A DNA stretch of 64,000 bases from an uncultured delta proteobacterium (lineage in GTDB: Bacteria > Desulfobacterota > Desulfuromonadia > Desulfuromonadales > JACZKF01), in contig CAWFKQ010000005.1 of assembly GCA_963816395.1 (NCBI GenBank), positions 192,001 to 256,000 of the forward strand, in the 5' to 3' direction. The notes below the pieces were generated by a model. The model did not search any database. It saw nothing but the letters and a program-made list of their open reading frames with translations, and was not told the DNA's origin. A program made the position numbers and the translations under genes. Below are positions 45,112 through 56,873 of the stretch, in pieces; the stretch's first letter is position 1, and each line of letters opens with the position of its first letter.

Positions 45112-48099
45112 CTAAAGATCTTTCAGCGGCGCCTGCCAGGCCGCCTTCAGATCGTCGATGGCGGCCCGGAGCAGAATCTCCCCGTTCAGACCGGTAATGC
45201 GCAGTTCCCGGTCGTCGCTGACCGTTCCGAGCAGGGAGAGGTCCTGCCCGGCAAAGACCGCTTCGAAGCGCTGCCGGTCGGCCGGCCGTACCGTCACCAG
45301 AAAGCGGCTCTGCGATTCGGAGAAGAGGACCTTGTCCTCGCGCAGGGGGGCAGAGGTCCGCACCTGCCGCAGGTCGACGTGCATCCCGACACCGCCGGCG
45401 AAGGCGGATTCGGCCAGGGCAACCGCCAGACCGCCGTCGGAGAGGTCGTGGCAGGAGGCGAGCAGGCCCTCCCGCTGCGCCCGGTTCACCGCCCGGAAGC
45501 GGGCCAGGGCGGCAGCGGCATCGACCCGCGGCACGTTTTTTCCCAGGCTGCCGTGCATGTCGTAATACTCGGAGGCGCCCAACTCGTCTCCGGTGCGCCC
45601 CAGAAGGTAAACCAGATCCTCGGGGCACTTGGCATCCATGGTCACCGCCCGGCGCACATCGTCGATCCGGCCGATCACCGAGAAAAGGACCGTCGGCGGT
45701 ATGGAGATCTTGGTGTCGCCGATCTGGTAGTCGTTCTTCATCGAGTCCTTGCCGGAGATCAGGGGGACGCCGAAGGCCACGCAGTAATCGTACAGAGCCT
45801 GGTTGGCCCGCACCAGCTGGGCCGCCTTGTAGGCGCCGTCCGGGGTCTTGTCGCTCTGTACCGGGTCGCACCAGCAGAAGTTGTCCAGCCCCGCCACGTG
45901 GTCGATGTCCCCGCCGGCCGCCACGAAATTGCGCAGCCCCTCGTCGATGGCGCATGCCATCATGTGGTAGGTGTCCAGATCGCTGTAACGGGGGCAGATG
46001 CCGTGCGCCACCACCACGCCTTCGTCAGAACCGGGCAGCGGGCGCAGGACGGCGGCGTCGGAGGGTCCATCGTTGGCAACCCCGGTCAGCGGCTTGATCA
46101 CGGTGCCGGCCTGGACCTCGTGGTCGTAGCGGCGCACGACGCTCTCCTTGGAGCAGATGTTGAGCCGGGCAAGCATGTGCCGCAGGGTGTCTTCCATGTC
46201 GAGCGGCTGCGGGAAGTCGGGCTCGCGCCGGTCGCGCACCTCCCAGCGGGCCGGCAGGACGAGCTGCGGCACGCCGCCGTGCAGGAAATCCATCTCCAGG
46301 TAGGTGACGGTCCGCCCGTCGTAGAGGCAATGGTAATAGCCGGAATCGGTAAATTCGCCGAGATCGGTCGCCTCAACGTCCATCTCCCGGGCGAGGGTGG
46401 TGAATTCGGTGATTTTCTCCGGCGGCACCGCCACCGTCATCCGTTCCTGAGCTTCCGAGATAAGGATCTCCCACGGCTGCAGACCAGGGTACTTGAGGGG
46501 CGCTCGATCGAGATGCATGACGAAGCCGCCGGTGTCTTCGGCCATCTCCCCCACCGAGGAAGAGAGGCCGCCGGCGCCGTTGTCGGTGATCGAGGTGTAG
46601 AGGCCCCGGTCGCGGGCCACCAGCAGAAAATCGAACATCCGCTTCTGGGTGATCGGGTCGCCGATCTGCACGGCGGTTACCGGCGAGCCGGCATGCAGCT
46701 CCTCGGAAGAGAAGGTGGCGCCATGAATGCCGTCCTTGCCGATGCGGCCGCCGACCATAACGATACGGTCGCCGACCTCCGCTTTCTTTTCATGGCCGGG
46801 GCGGCCGTTGACCACCGCCGGCATGATCGCCCCGGTGCCGCAGTAAACCAGCGGCTTGCCGGCATAGCGCTCGTCGAAAAGGAGCGAGCCGTTAACGGTT
46901 GGGATACCGCTCTTGTTGCCGCCGTGCTCCACCCCTTCAACCACCCCCTCGAAGATGCGCCGGGGGTGCAGCAGACGCGGCGGCAGGGGCTTGCGGTAAA
47001 AGGGAGAGGCGAAACAGAAAACGTCGGTGTTGAAGAGCAGGCGCGCCCCCTGCCCCGTGCCGAAGGAGTCGCGGTTCACCCCGACAATGCCGGTCAGCGC
47101 TCCGCCGTAGGGATCGAGGGCACTGGGAGAGTTGTGCGTCTCCGCCTTGAACACCAGGCTCCACTCATCGTTGAAGCGGATCACGCCGGCGTTATCCTTG
47201 AAAACCGACAGGCAGATGTCGCGTTCGCCGCGGGCGGCGCGGATATCGCGGGTCGCCCTGACGATATAGCTCTTGAACAGTGAGTCGATCGTCTGCCGCT
47301 TCCCGGTCTCATCCTCGTACTCGATGCGGGCGGCAAAAATCTTATGTTTGCAATGCTCGCTCCAGGTCTGGGCCAGCGCCTCCAGTTCGGCATCGGTGAG
47401 CTTTGCCCCCAGGCCGACAGCCGAACGGGCCTGCTGCACCCGCGGCTCGGCAATATGGGCCTGAATGGCCTTCATCTCTGCCAGATTGAGCGCCAGCATC
47501 CCTTCCCGGCTGAGACGCAGCAACTCTTCATCCGCGATATTCAGGTCGATCTCCTGGACAGGCCCGGCTTGCTGTGCGCCAACATCTACCTTCGGCACGC
47601 TGGCCGGCATACCGCGCTCGCGATCGAAACGGGCCGCCGGCACGATCGTCCAGCGTTGAATCAGGCCGTTGGCAAGCAGGCCGGCGGCGATCCGTTCACC
47701 GTCCGCCTGCTCGAGTTTTCCGCTGAGCAGGTACTGCACCGAGGTGTAAACCCCCTGGCCGGGAAGGAGGGGACGGCCGACGAGGTACTGAATGGCCTCC
47801 CGACCGGTGCGCCCGACATTGTCGGTAACTCCTGGGCGAAAACCGACTTCGATCAGCAGATCGAAATCGCGGGCGAGCGGTCGATCGATGGCCACTTCCT
47901 GGATTACCGGATCGGAAAATGGACCGTAAGCAGCGGCAGCGACCTCCTCCCGCGTCAGTTCGGCGTCGATGGTATAGACATCGATGGTGCGTACCGCCGT
48001 CACCTCGATCCCCAGGTGTTCGCGAATTTCCCGGCGCACCCGCTCGCCGCGGGCATCCCGGACGCTCAATTTCAGCCCGACTTCGATTCTCCAGGGCAT
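45112..48099 (-). CDS. purL: FGAM synthase synthetase subunit with N-terminal PurS-like region
   Basis: QTWSEHCKHK, ETHNSPS, DNGAGGL, SEAQERM, ISGKDS, HDLSDGGL. Confidence 0.95.
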   Translation of the reverse strand: MPWRIEVGLKLSVRDARGERVRREIREHLGIEVTAVRTIDVYTIDAELTREEVAAAAYGPFSDPVIQEVAIDRPLARDFDLLIEVGFRPGVTDNVGRTGREAIQYLVGRPLLPGQGVYTSVQYLLSGKLEQADGERIAAGLLANGLIQRWTIVPAARFDRERGMPASVPKVDVGAQQAGPVQEIDLNIADEELLRLSREGMLALNLAEMKAIQAHIAEPRVQQARSAVGLGAKLTDAELEALAQTWSEHCKHKIFAARIEYEDETGKRQTIDSLFKSYIVRATRDIRAARGERDICLSVFKDNAGVIRFNDEWSLVFKAETHNSPSALDPYGGALTGIVGVNRDSFGTGQGARLLFNTDVFCFASPFYRKPLPPRLLHPRRIFEGVVEGVEHGGNKSGIPTVNGSLLFDERYAGKPLVYCGTGAIMPAVVNGRPGHEKKAEVGDRIVMVGGRIGKDGIHGATFSSEELHAGSPVTAVQIGDPITQKRMFDFLLVARDRGLYTSITDNGAGGLSSSVGEMAEDTGGFVMHLDRAPLKYPGLQPWEILISEAQERMTVAVPPEKITEFTTLAREMDVEATDLGEFTDSGYYHCLYDGRTVTYLEMDFLHGGVPQLVLPARWEVRDRREPDFPQPLDMEDTLRHMLARLNICSKESVVRRYDHEVQAGTVIKPLTGVANDGPSDAAVLRPLPGSDEGVVVAHGICPRYSDLDTYHMMACAIDEGLRNFVAAGGDIDHVAGLDNFCWCDPVQSDKTPDGAYKAAQLVRANQALYDYCVAFGVPLISGKDSMKNDYQIGDTKISIPPTVLFSVIGRIDDVRRAVTMDAKCPEDLVYLLGRTGDELGASEYYDMHGSLGKNVPRVDAAAALARFRAVNRAQREGLLASCHDLSDGGLAVALAESAFAGGVGMHVDLRQVRTSAPLREDKVLFSESQSRFLVTVRPADRQRFEAVFAGQDLSLLGTVSDDRELRITGLNGEILLRAAIDDLKAAWQAPLKDL

Positions 48100-48116
48100 G
48101 CAAACTCCTTAAAAAA

Positions 48117-48172
48117 CAGGTTTCAGGTTTCAGGTTTGAACCTGGGACCTGCTACCTGAAGCCTGATATCTG
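48117..48172. repeat. Inverted tandem-heptamer element (CAGGTTT/ACCTG)
   Basis: CAGGTTT x3, then ACCTG recurring with a 7-nt period. Confidence 0.7.
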
Positions 48173-48176
48173 GTTC

Positions 48177-49475
48177 TTATGCTTTTCCGAACACCCGCTT
48201 GAAGATGGTATCGACGTGCTTCAGATGGTAATTCAGATCGAAGGATTCCTGGATCTTGGCCTCACCGAGGGCGCCGACCACCTCAGGGTCGGCCAGCAAT
48301 TCCTGCTGGAAATCCTTCCCCTGCTCCCAGACTTTCATCGCGTTGCGCTGCACCAGGCGATAGGCGTCCTCGCGAGAGACCCCGGCCTGGGTCAGGTCCA
48401 GAAGAATTTTTTGCGAGAAAACCAGCCCCTTCATCTGGTTGAGGTTCTTCAGCATATTCTGGGGATAGACCACCAGGTTGCCGATCAGTCCGTTCAGCCG
48501 GCGCAGGGCGAAATCGAGGGTCACCGTGGCATCGGGGCCGATGTTGCGCTCTACAGAAGAATGCGAGATGTCGCGCTCGTGCCAGAGGGCGACGTTTTCC
48601 AGGGCCGGCAAGGCGCAGGCACGCACCAGCCGCGCCAGGCCGGTGAGATTCTCGGAAAGGATAGGGTTGCGCTTGTGCGGCATGGCGCTGGAACCCTTCT
48701 GCCCCTTGCTGAAGAATTCCTCCACCTCCAAGACCTCGGTGCGCTGCAGGTGCCGGACCTCCACGGCGATGCGCTCCAGGGAGGAAGCAATTACCGCCAG
48801 GGTGCAGAAATACTCGGCGTGGCGGTCGCGGGGAATGACCTGAGTGGAGACCGGCTCCGGCTTCAGCCCCATCTTTTCACAGACGTACTCCTCCACCGCC
48901 GGGTCGATGTTGGCGAAGGTGCCTACCGCTCCGGAAATGGCGCCGGTGGCAATATTCTCCCGTGCCGCCTGCAGGCGCTGCCGGTTGCGCGCCATTTCGG
49001 CGTACCAGCCGGCCAGTTTCAGACCGAAGGTCACCGGCTCGGCATGGATGCCGTGCGAGCGCCCCATGCAGACCGTATCCTTATGTTCGAAAGCCCGCGT
49101 CCGGATCGCCTCGAGCACCAGGTCGAGGTCGTTGAGGAGTTCATCGGCAGCCTGCACGAGCTGCACCGAGAAACAGGTGTCGAGAACATCCGAGGAGGTC
49201 ATCCCCTGGTGGATGAAGCGGGCCTCCGGGCCGACGAACTCGGCGACCGAGGTGAGGAAAGCGATGACATCATGCTTGACCTCCTCCTCGATCCGGTTGA
49301 TCCGTTCAATATCGAAATTGCCCTTCTCGCGGATGACCCGGACCGCCTCGCGGGGAATGACCCCGAGTTCCGCCTGTTTCTCGCAGGCCAAGGTCTCGAT
49401 TTCCAGCCAGATCCGAAATTTGTTCTCCGGCTCCCAGAGGCGGGCCATCTCTTTACGGGTGTAGCGTTCGATCAT
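48177..49475 (-). CDS. purB: Adenylosuccinate lyase
   Basis: MIERYT, HDVIAF, GRSHGIHAEP, GSSAMPHKRNP. Confidence 0.97.
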   Translation of the reverse strand: MIERYTRKEMARLWEPENKFRIWLEIETLACEKQAELGVIPREAVRVIREKGNFDIERINRIEEEVKHDVIAFLTSVAEFVGPEARFIHQGMTSSDVLDTCFSVQLVQAADELLNDLDLVLEAIRTRAFEHKDTVCMGRSHGIHAEPVTFGLKLAGWYAEMARNRQRLQAARENIATGAISGAVGTFANIDPAVEEYVCEKMGLKPEPVSTQVIPRDRHAEYFCTLAVIASSLERIAVEVRHLQRTEVLEVEEFFSKGQKGSSAMPHKRNPILSENLTGLARLVRACALPALENVALWHERDISHSSVERNIGPDATVTLDFALRRLNGLIGNLVVYPQNMLKNLNQMKGLVFSQKILLDLTQAGVSREDAYRLVQRNAMKVWEQGKDFQQELLADPEVVGALGEAKIQESFDLNYHLKHVDTIFKRVFGKA

Positions 49476-49536
49476 GCTGACATTCTCCTATTTTCGGCAG
49501 ACCGGTGTCAAACGGCCGGCTGCCCGGGAATCCTTC

Positions 49537-50307
49537 TCAGACCTGGAAGCAGCAACTGGCGCGGCTCTGGATGCCGAGGATGAGCTGAGGCCGGCAGATA
49601 CTCTGCCTGCCCAGGAGTTCGCTGGCGGACGATTCGGCCAAGGTCGGAAGATTATTCACTTCACTGAGGTGGGCGAGGAAAACGGCTTCGAGTCCTTCCC
49701 CCAGGAGTTCCTGGAGGAGCCGGGCGGAGGCGGCATTGGAGAGATGCCCGTGATGACTGCGGATACGCTGTTTCAGTGGCCAGGGATAAGGCCCGTCGCG
49801 CAGCATTTCTTCATCATGGTTGGATTCGAGCACCAGTACCCGGCAGCCCTGCAGCCTTTCCACGACCAGGCGGGTGGCGATCCCGAGATCGGTGGCGATG
49901 CCGATTTTCCCTTCGTCTGTTTCAATGACATAGCCGACGGGCGCCGCCGCATCATGGGTGAGAGGGAAGGCCTGTATCTGCAGGTCGCGGAATTGAAAGG
50001 CCGTTCCCGTATCGAATTCACGCAGTTCGTCAATCCGTCCAAGCCCGGGCAAAGCGCGACGGGTCTCCGGGTGGATATATACCGGCAGGCGGAAGCGCCT
50101 GGCAAGCGGTCCCAGCCCCCGGCAATGGTCGAGGTGTTCGTGAGTAACCAGAAGGCCATGCAGATCGCTACCCGCCACCCCGATCCCCTCCAGGCGGTCG
50201 GTCAGTTCGCGTCCCGAGAGACCGGCATCGATCAGGATGCGGCTTTCCCGGCTTTCAATATATACAGCATTTCCCTTGCTGCCGCTGGCCAGCAGACAAA
50301 CCCGCAA
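49537..50307 (-). CDS. MBL-fold metallo-hydrolase (YycJ/WalJ-like)
   Basis: LASGSKGN, THEHLDH, ESNHD, GHLSN, AHLSE; TTG start after GGAGG. Confidence 0.9.
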   Translation of the reverse strand: MRVCLLASGSKGNAVYIESRESRILIDAGLSGRELTDRLEGIGVAGSDLHGLLVTHEHLDHCRGLGPLARRFRLPVYIHPETRRALPGLGRIDELREFDTGTAFQFRDLQIQAFPLTHDAAAPVGYVIETDEGKIGIATDLGIATRLVVERLQGCRVLVLESNHDEEMLRDGPYPWPLKQRIRSHHGHLSNAASARLLQELLGEGLEAVFLAHLSEVNNLPTLAESSASELLGRQSICRPQLILGIQSRASCCFQV

Positions 50308-50340
50308 TGCAATCCTCCCTGAGATTTCATGAGCGCCGTG

Positions 50341-50369
50341 TATATACCGGAAATAACCCGTACCTGCAA
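50341..50369 (-). promoter_or_regulatory. Sigma-70-type promoter of the MBL-pur operon
   Basis: Minus strand TTGCAG-17-TATATA. Confidence 0.55.
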
Positions 50370-50520
50370 GGGGAAATCGCCCTGACAGGCCGGCCAAGAA
50401 CTTGATCCTTCTGCAGCCCCAGCCCTAGGAGTGCGAAGCGGTGGGTACTAATTCCCAAGGCACTTGCCTAACTGACTTTCCGCTCGCCGCATTCTCACAT
50501 CCGCCTGTGGACAGGAATTT

Positions 50521-52516
50521 TCAGGCTGGCGGGCTGACCGGCAACTCGATATGGAAAACACTGCCCGGGCAGCTTTGCGGGTCATAACCCGGGCTCTCCA
50601 CCCAGATGCGACCGCCATGCAGGTCGACTGATCCCCTTGGCGATGGTCAGCCCGAGTCCGGTCCCCTTCCCTTTGAATGCTACTTTGGCGGTGAAATGTT
50701 CCTCGATCTGCCCAGCCTCATAGAACTTGTCGAAAATGTGCTCCAGATCGCTTTCGGCAATACCGATGCCGGTATCACCAATGAGAATCTCGACCATATC
50801 CACGCCGCCGTTGAGTGTGTCGCCGGACGATCTTTCCGGCATTCGGCTCTCGAAAGTTATGCTGCCCCCGTCCGGAGTGAATTTAATGGCATTACCGAGC
50901 AGGTTGCCGAAGGCCTGCCGCAGTCGCTCAGGGTCGCACTGGATAGGCGGCAGATCCTCCCGCAGCTTCAGGATAATCTGCTGCTGCCGCTGGGTCAGGA
51001 AATCACCGGATTCGGCAACCAATTGCCGGATCAGAGAATTGACATCAATTGGCCGAACTTCCACAGGCAGGCGCCGGCTGTCGAGCATCGAGACATCGAC
51101 CATGTCGTGGACGATGCCGGTCAGACGTTCGGCAGCCTCGGCAATGTTCCGGACCATGCCCCGGACCGGATCGTCAACAGGTAGAGTCATTTCACTGAGA
51201 ATAAGATCGGCATAACCGACAATAACGGTAAGGGGCGTCTTCAGCTCATGTGAAGCGAGTCCCAGGAACGAATCCTTCATCTGGTTAAGCCGCTGCAGCT
51301 CCCGGGTGCTTTTCTCCAGGTTGCCCTTGACCATCCTTTCCCGTGTGACATCGCGGATAATCGCCTGGATCCAGAATTTCCCCTTGCGCTCGCGCACCAG
51401 CGAAGCGCTGACCCAGCCGACCACCGGCTCGCCGTCGCTGACGCGCACGTATTTCAGTTCGGATTCGCCCCGTTCCTTTTCCAGCAGCCTCCGATAGAGA
51501 CGATACTGGGCTTGAGCATCCCCGCGCATTTTCTCGATCGTCTGGAACAGGTTGCTGCCGATTACCTGATCACGGGAAATGCCGAAGAATTCTTCCGCCC
51601 GTTTGTTGAATAGCAGGATACGGTCGTTATGGTCGGAAATGACGATGGCGTCGGAGGCGTTCTCGAACAGCGCCCGTTGCATCTTCTGGCTGCGGCTCAA
51701 TTCGCTGCTGGTTTTCTCTTGCTGCTCATAGGACTTTTGCAACAGCAGGTTTGTCTGCTCCAATTCCTGATATCCCTGCAATACCGCATCGTCGTGCGTT
51801 TGCAGCGAGCGGGCCATCTCCTGCAGAGCATCGGCTAATTCGGCGAAATCCCGGGTGGGCATTTTGGGGATGCCGACCCGAAAATTGCCGTTGGCGATCT
51901 CCTTGGCCACCACACACAGTCTCTGGATAGGACCGATCAAATGCCGCCGGGTGAATAGAAAAACCAGGGTGAAGACGGTCAGAAAGGCTGCACCCAGCAC
52001 AACCAGGGATTGATTCAGCATGCGCATCGCCCGGTCCTTGAGCACCGAGACGGGAAATCCGACCCGCACCCGGCCGGCCAGGCGATCACCGGCGGCATAA
52101 ACCGGCTGGGACACATCGAACACTCGCCCGAGAGTAGGGAGATTCAACTGGGTAGTGGTTTTGCTCAGGGAAGAGACCAGTTCTCCCCCGACCGCCGTCT
52201 TTAGGGAGGGATCGCTGGAGAAGAGGGGAGTACCGCGGCTGTCCTCGACCAGGCAGTAGGCAATTTCGGGATCGCCTCCGACAATTTTCTGACAGCGGGC
52301 ATTCAGGTCCTGCAGTTCCGGCAGCGATTGCCCCTGCGCCAGAGAGCCTTCAATGGAAGACTTCAATTCTGCTATCAGGTTCTGGCAACGAAGAACAATC
52401 CCGTCCCGGTAGCTGCGGCGAAAGGATTCGATATTGAACGCGGTATTGGCCGTAATGGTAACAGTGAGAATCAGGAAGACGAAAATCAGAATCCGCTTTT
52501 CGAGGGTGCTGTCCAT
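50521..52516 (-). CDS. Membrane sensor histidine kinase (periplasmic-HAMP-PAS-HisKA-HATPase); frameshift near the C-terminus
   Basis: ASHELKTPL, NAIKFT, DTGIGI, GTGLGL; continues in a shifted frame VDLHGGRIWVES...FHIELP. Confidence 0.9.
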
Positions 52517-52741
52517 GGGATTTCCGGTAGAAAGGCGGGCAGCGCGGAGGTAAAACGCCCGCCGGGTGAGACGGCGGGCGATACCATCCAAGTGCCGCGG
52601 CGCGGAAAGGATGCCTCCGTTACGCGCCGCATTTGCGTTTTCAAAAAGGTGGTGTATCTTTGTCGGTGTCGGATTCAGCCCTACATAACATATCGGCCCT
52701 GAAAGGGCAACAGAACAAATAGTTTTAACCCTTTTAAGGGG

Positions 52742-52770
52742 TTGACGGACCTTCATTGATTGGATATCAT
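52742..52770 (+). promoter_or_regulatory. Sigma-70-type promoter of the gap operon
   Basis: TTGACG-17-TATCAT. Confidence 0.6.
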
Positions 52771-52848
52771 CCCGCGGGTCGGAGTGTACCGGCCTGGCAC
52801 GCTCTCCGTGCGGATGGGTATATCCGATCAAATTCCTTTTTTACCTAA

Positions 52849-53868
<1,020 letters not shown>

Positions 53869-53945
53869 GGTCCCACCGTCGTTTTCCCCGGGGCAGGAGC
53901 AGATCCTGCCCCTTGATTTTTTTACAGCTCAGGGCGGAGGAGTTC

Positions 53946-55144
53946 ATGTTTAACAAAACTGACCGTAAAAGACGTCGAGTTCCAGGGCAAACGGGTCTTT
54001 TGCCGTGTCGATTTCAACGTCCCCTTCGACGATGAGCGGAATATTACCGATGACACGCGGATCGTTGCCGCCCTCCCCACCATACGCCACATCATCGAAC
54101 ACGGCGGCCGACTGATACTGGCGTCTCACCTGGGGCGGCCCAAGGGTGCTCCCAACCCGAAATACAGCCTCGCCCCGGTGGCCCCCCATCTGGGTCGGTC
54201 TGCTCGGCAAGAAGGTGACCATGGCTCCGGACTGCATCGGCACGGCAGTGCAGTCGCTGGTCAGTTCGTTGCATGACGGCGATGTCCTGTTGCTGGAAAA
54301 CGTCCGCTTCCATGTCGGAGAGGAGAAGAACAACCCCGATTTCAGCCGGCAGCTAGCGGCCTTCGCCGATATCTACGTCAACGATGCCTTCGGTTCCGCT
54401 CACCGGGCGCACGCCTCCACGGAAGGCATTACCCGTTTTCTGCAGCCGGCGGTCGCCGGCTTTCTGATGGAGAAGGAACTTCGCTATCTCGGTCAGGCGG
54501 TGACCGATCCCAAACGCCCATTTATCGCCATTCTCGGCGGCGCCAAGGTTAGCGATAAAATCCCGGTGATTGAGAACCTCCTGGGAAAAGTGGACACCCT
54601 GATCATCGGCGGCGGCATGGCCTATACCTTTCTGCGTGCCCAGGGGATCCAGGTGGGTAAATCTCTGGTCGAAGAGGATCGCATCACGCTGGCCCGCGAG
54701 TTGATGACGCAGGCGCAGCAGCGGGGGGTGAAACTCCTCCTGCCACTGGACCATGTGGTCGCCCGCGAATTCAAAGGCGACGCCGAATCAAAGATTTGCA
54801 CCAATGACAATTTCCCCGCTGATTGGATGGCTTTGGATATCGGTCCCCGCACCGCTGCCGAATTTTCCGCTGCGGTCAAAGGGGCCGGAACGATCGTCTG
54901 GAACGGACCGATGGGAGTTTTCGAATTCGATACTTTCGCTCAGGGCACCTTTGCCATGGCCCGCGCCCTGGCAGACTCCGGGGCGGTGACCATCATCGGC
55001 GGCGGCGATTCGGTGGCAGCGGTGAACAAGGCCGGGCTGGAGGAGAAGATGACCCACATCTCCACGGGCGGCGGCGCCTCCCTGGAATTCCTCGAGGGCA
55101 AGACGCTGCCAGGGGTAGCCGCCCTTACTGACAGAAAGGCGTGA
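53946..55144 (+). CDS. pgk: Phosphoglycerate kinase; two apparent frameshifts in the N-terminal part
   Basis: [48 protein letters not shown]. Confidence 0.95.
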
Positions 55145-55195
55145 TGTGTAAACAGTATAGTAATGTGTCTTCCACATCACATTTTACACATCACT
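55141..55195. repeat. Intergenic inverted repeat
   Basis: GTGATGTGTAAA ... TTTACACATCAC. Confidence 0.6.
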
Positions 55196-55230
55196 TCTTA
55201 CGCCATTTTTTTACGTTTTTGGAGATTCTC

Positions 55231-55989
55231 ATGCGCAGACCGCTGATCGCCGGCAACTGGAAGCTTAACAAGACGGTGGCCGAGGCCCTCGCCTTGGTTG
55301 GTAGCCTGAAAGAAAAGGTGGCGGAGATCGAGGATGCCGATATCGTCGTCGCCCCGGTCTTTACAGCCCTTTCCCGGGTTGCTGAAGCCCTCGCCGGCAG
55401 CAATATCGCCCTTGCCGCCCAGAACTGCTATCCGGAGAAGACCGGCGCCTTCACGGGAGAGGTCTCTCCTTTTCTGCTCAAGGATGCTGGCTGCGCTTAC
55501 GTGATCGTCGGCCATTCCGAGCGGCGGCAGATCCTGGCGGAAACGGACGCGTTCATCAACAGCAAGGTAAAGGCCGTGCTCGGGGAGGGGCTCACCGCCA
55601 TCCTCTGCATCGGCGAGACGCTGGAGGAACGGGAGGCCGGCCGGATGTTCGAGGTCCTTACTCGGCAGATACGCCTGGGGTTGCAGAACCTGGAATCCGG
55701 AGATATGGAGCGGGTAGTGCTCGCCTATGAGCCGGTGTGGGCCATCGGTACCGGCAAAACCGCCACCGATGCCCAGGCCCAGGAGGCGCACGCTTTCATC
55801 CGCGGGCTTCTGCAGGAAAATTTCGGTCAGCTGACCGCGGCAGCGGTGCGCATCCTTTACGGCGGCAGCGTCAAACCCGACAACGTCGACGGCCTGATGG
55901 CCCAACCCGATATCGATGGTACGCTGGTGGGCGGCGCCAGTCTGAAGGCGGACGACTTCGCTCGCATCATCAGATTCCGCCGCGCCTGA
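55231..55989 (+). CDS. tpiA: Triose-phosphate isomerase
   Basis: IAGNWKLN, GHSERR, AYEPVWAIGTG, YGGSVK. Confidence 0.97.
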   Translation: MRRPLIAGNWKLNKTVAEALALVGSLKEKVAEIEDADIVVAPVFTALSRVAEALAGSNIALAAQNCYPEKTGAFTGEVSPFLLKDAGCAYVIVGHSERRQILAETDAFINSKVKAVLGEGLTAILCIGETLEEREAGRMFEVLTRQIRLGLQNLESGDMERVVLAYEPVWAIGTGKTATDAQAQEAHAFIRGLLQENFGQLTAAAVRILYGGSVKPDNVDGLMAQPDIDGTLVGGASLKADDFARIIRFRRA

Positions 55990-56074
55990 TATTTTCTACT
56001 TTGCACCCGGGCCGATCTGTGCTAAATTTCCGGGTCTAAAAAATTCAGCCGCAAGTCAAGGAGTTCGGTTAGAA

Positions 56075-56458
56075 ATGACTGCCTTTCTGATTACCGTGCA
56101 CATTCTGGTTTCGATCGCCCTGATCATTATAGTTCTGCTGCAAGGCGGCAAAGGGGCAGAGATCGGCGCCTCTTTCGGGTCGGGCGGCAGCCAGACCGTT
56201 TTCGGCGCCACCGGCGGCAAAAGCTTCCTGAGCAAAATGACGACCGGCGCCGCCGTTGTCTTCATGCTGACCAGCCTCGCTCTCACCTACTTCTACAGCC
56301 AGCCGAGCACGGTTATGCCGTCCACCGTATCACAGACCCAGCAGGGGTCCACTCCGGTGCCCGCGCCCGGGCAGACAACGGCCACCCCGGTCCCCGGTCA
56401 GACAACGCCAGCCGAGCAACCGGCCGCACCGGTCCAGTCGGCTCCCGGGCAGAAATAA
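56075..56458 (+). CDS. secG: Preprotein translocase subunit SecG
   Basis: VLLQGGKGAEIGASFGSG; tpiA-secG-tRNA-Leu order. Confidence 0.95.
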   Translation: MTAFLITVHILVSIALIIIVLLQGGKGAEIGASFGSGGSQTVFGATGGKSFLSKMTTGAAVVFMLTSLALTYFYSQPSTVMPSTVSQTQQGSTPVPAPGQTTATPVPGQTTPAEQPAAPVQSAPGQK

Positions 56459-56524
56459 TCGAATCCTCGCCCGGCATTTACCCTTGACACTACCGGGGCA
56501 AATCAGTATAAATACAATCCGCTT

Positions 56525-56611
56525 GCCGAAGTGGTGGAACTGGTAGACACGCCATCTTGAGGGGGTGGTGACCAATTGGTCGTGCGAGTTCGAGTCTCGC
56601 CTTCGGCACCA
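56525..56611 (+). tRNA. tRNA-Leu(GAG)
   Basis: GCCGAAGTGGTGGAACTGGTAGACAC...TT-GAG-GG...long variable arm...CACCA; TTGACA-17-TATAAA at 56484-56512. Confidence 0.97.
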
Positions 56612-56622
56612 GTAAAAATTGC

Positions 56623-56654
56623 AAAGCCCGGCCGTTCAGGCCCGGGCTTTTTTT
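56623..56654 (+). terminator. Terminator after tRNA-Leu(GAG)
   Basis: AAAGCCCGG...CCGGGCTTTTTTT. Confidence 0.8.
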
Positions 56655-56806
56655 GCATTCAGCCAGGCAAAACTCTTGAAAGCGACAGACCTGCATCGGC
56701 GTCCGTTAGCGCGCCATTGCTGGAGAGAACAGAAAAGGTGCGGTGAGAAATAAACGGGACGCGGGAACCTGCTTGCTCTTGTTATAACCTCTCCCAAACC
56801 GAATGC

Positions 56807-56868
56807 AAAAAACAAAATGGGCTGCAACCTTATTGGATTGCAGCCCTTTTTGTCTCTTGCTGCCGAAG
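56807..56868 (-). repeat. Degenerate copy of the tRNA-Leu(CAG) 3' end plus terminator (att-like scar)
   Basis: Aligns with 60136-60195: TTGCTGCCGAAG vs TTGGTGCCGAAG, with a homologous hairpin. Confidence 0.7.
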
Positions 56869-56873
56869 CTTTT

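Noticed and set aside
45112..48099. Unusual 995-aa PurL
   Set aside because: PurS-PurL fusion with a separate PurQ is, to my knowledge, common in deltaproteobacteria.
44398..49583. Very long antisense ORFs (961 aa, 554 aa; similar ones at 734-2104, 18772-20847, 39703-41301, 42517-44106)
   Set aside because: They shadow well-supported genes on the opposite strand, which is expected at high GC, and contain no recognisable motifs.
53946..54200. Programmed frameshifting or a pgk-tpi fusion
   Set aside because: The breaks look like the other indels in the window, and pgk has its own stop well before tpiA.
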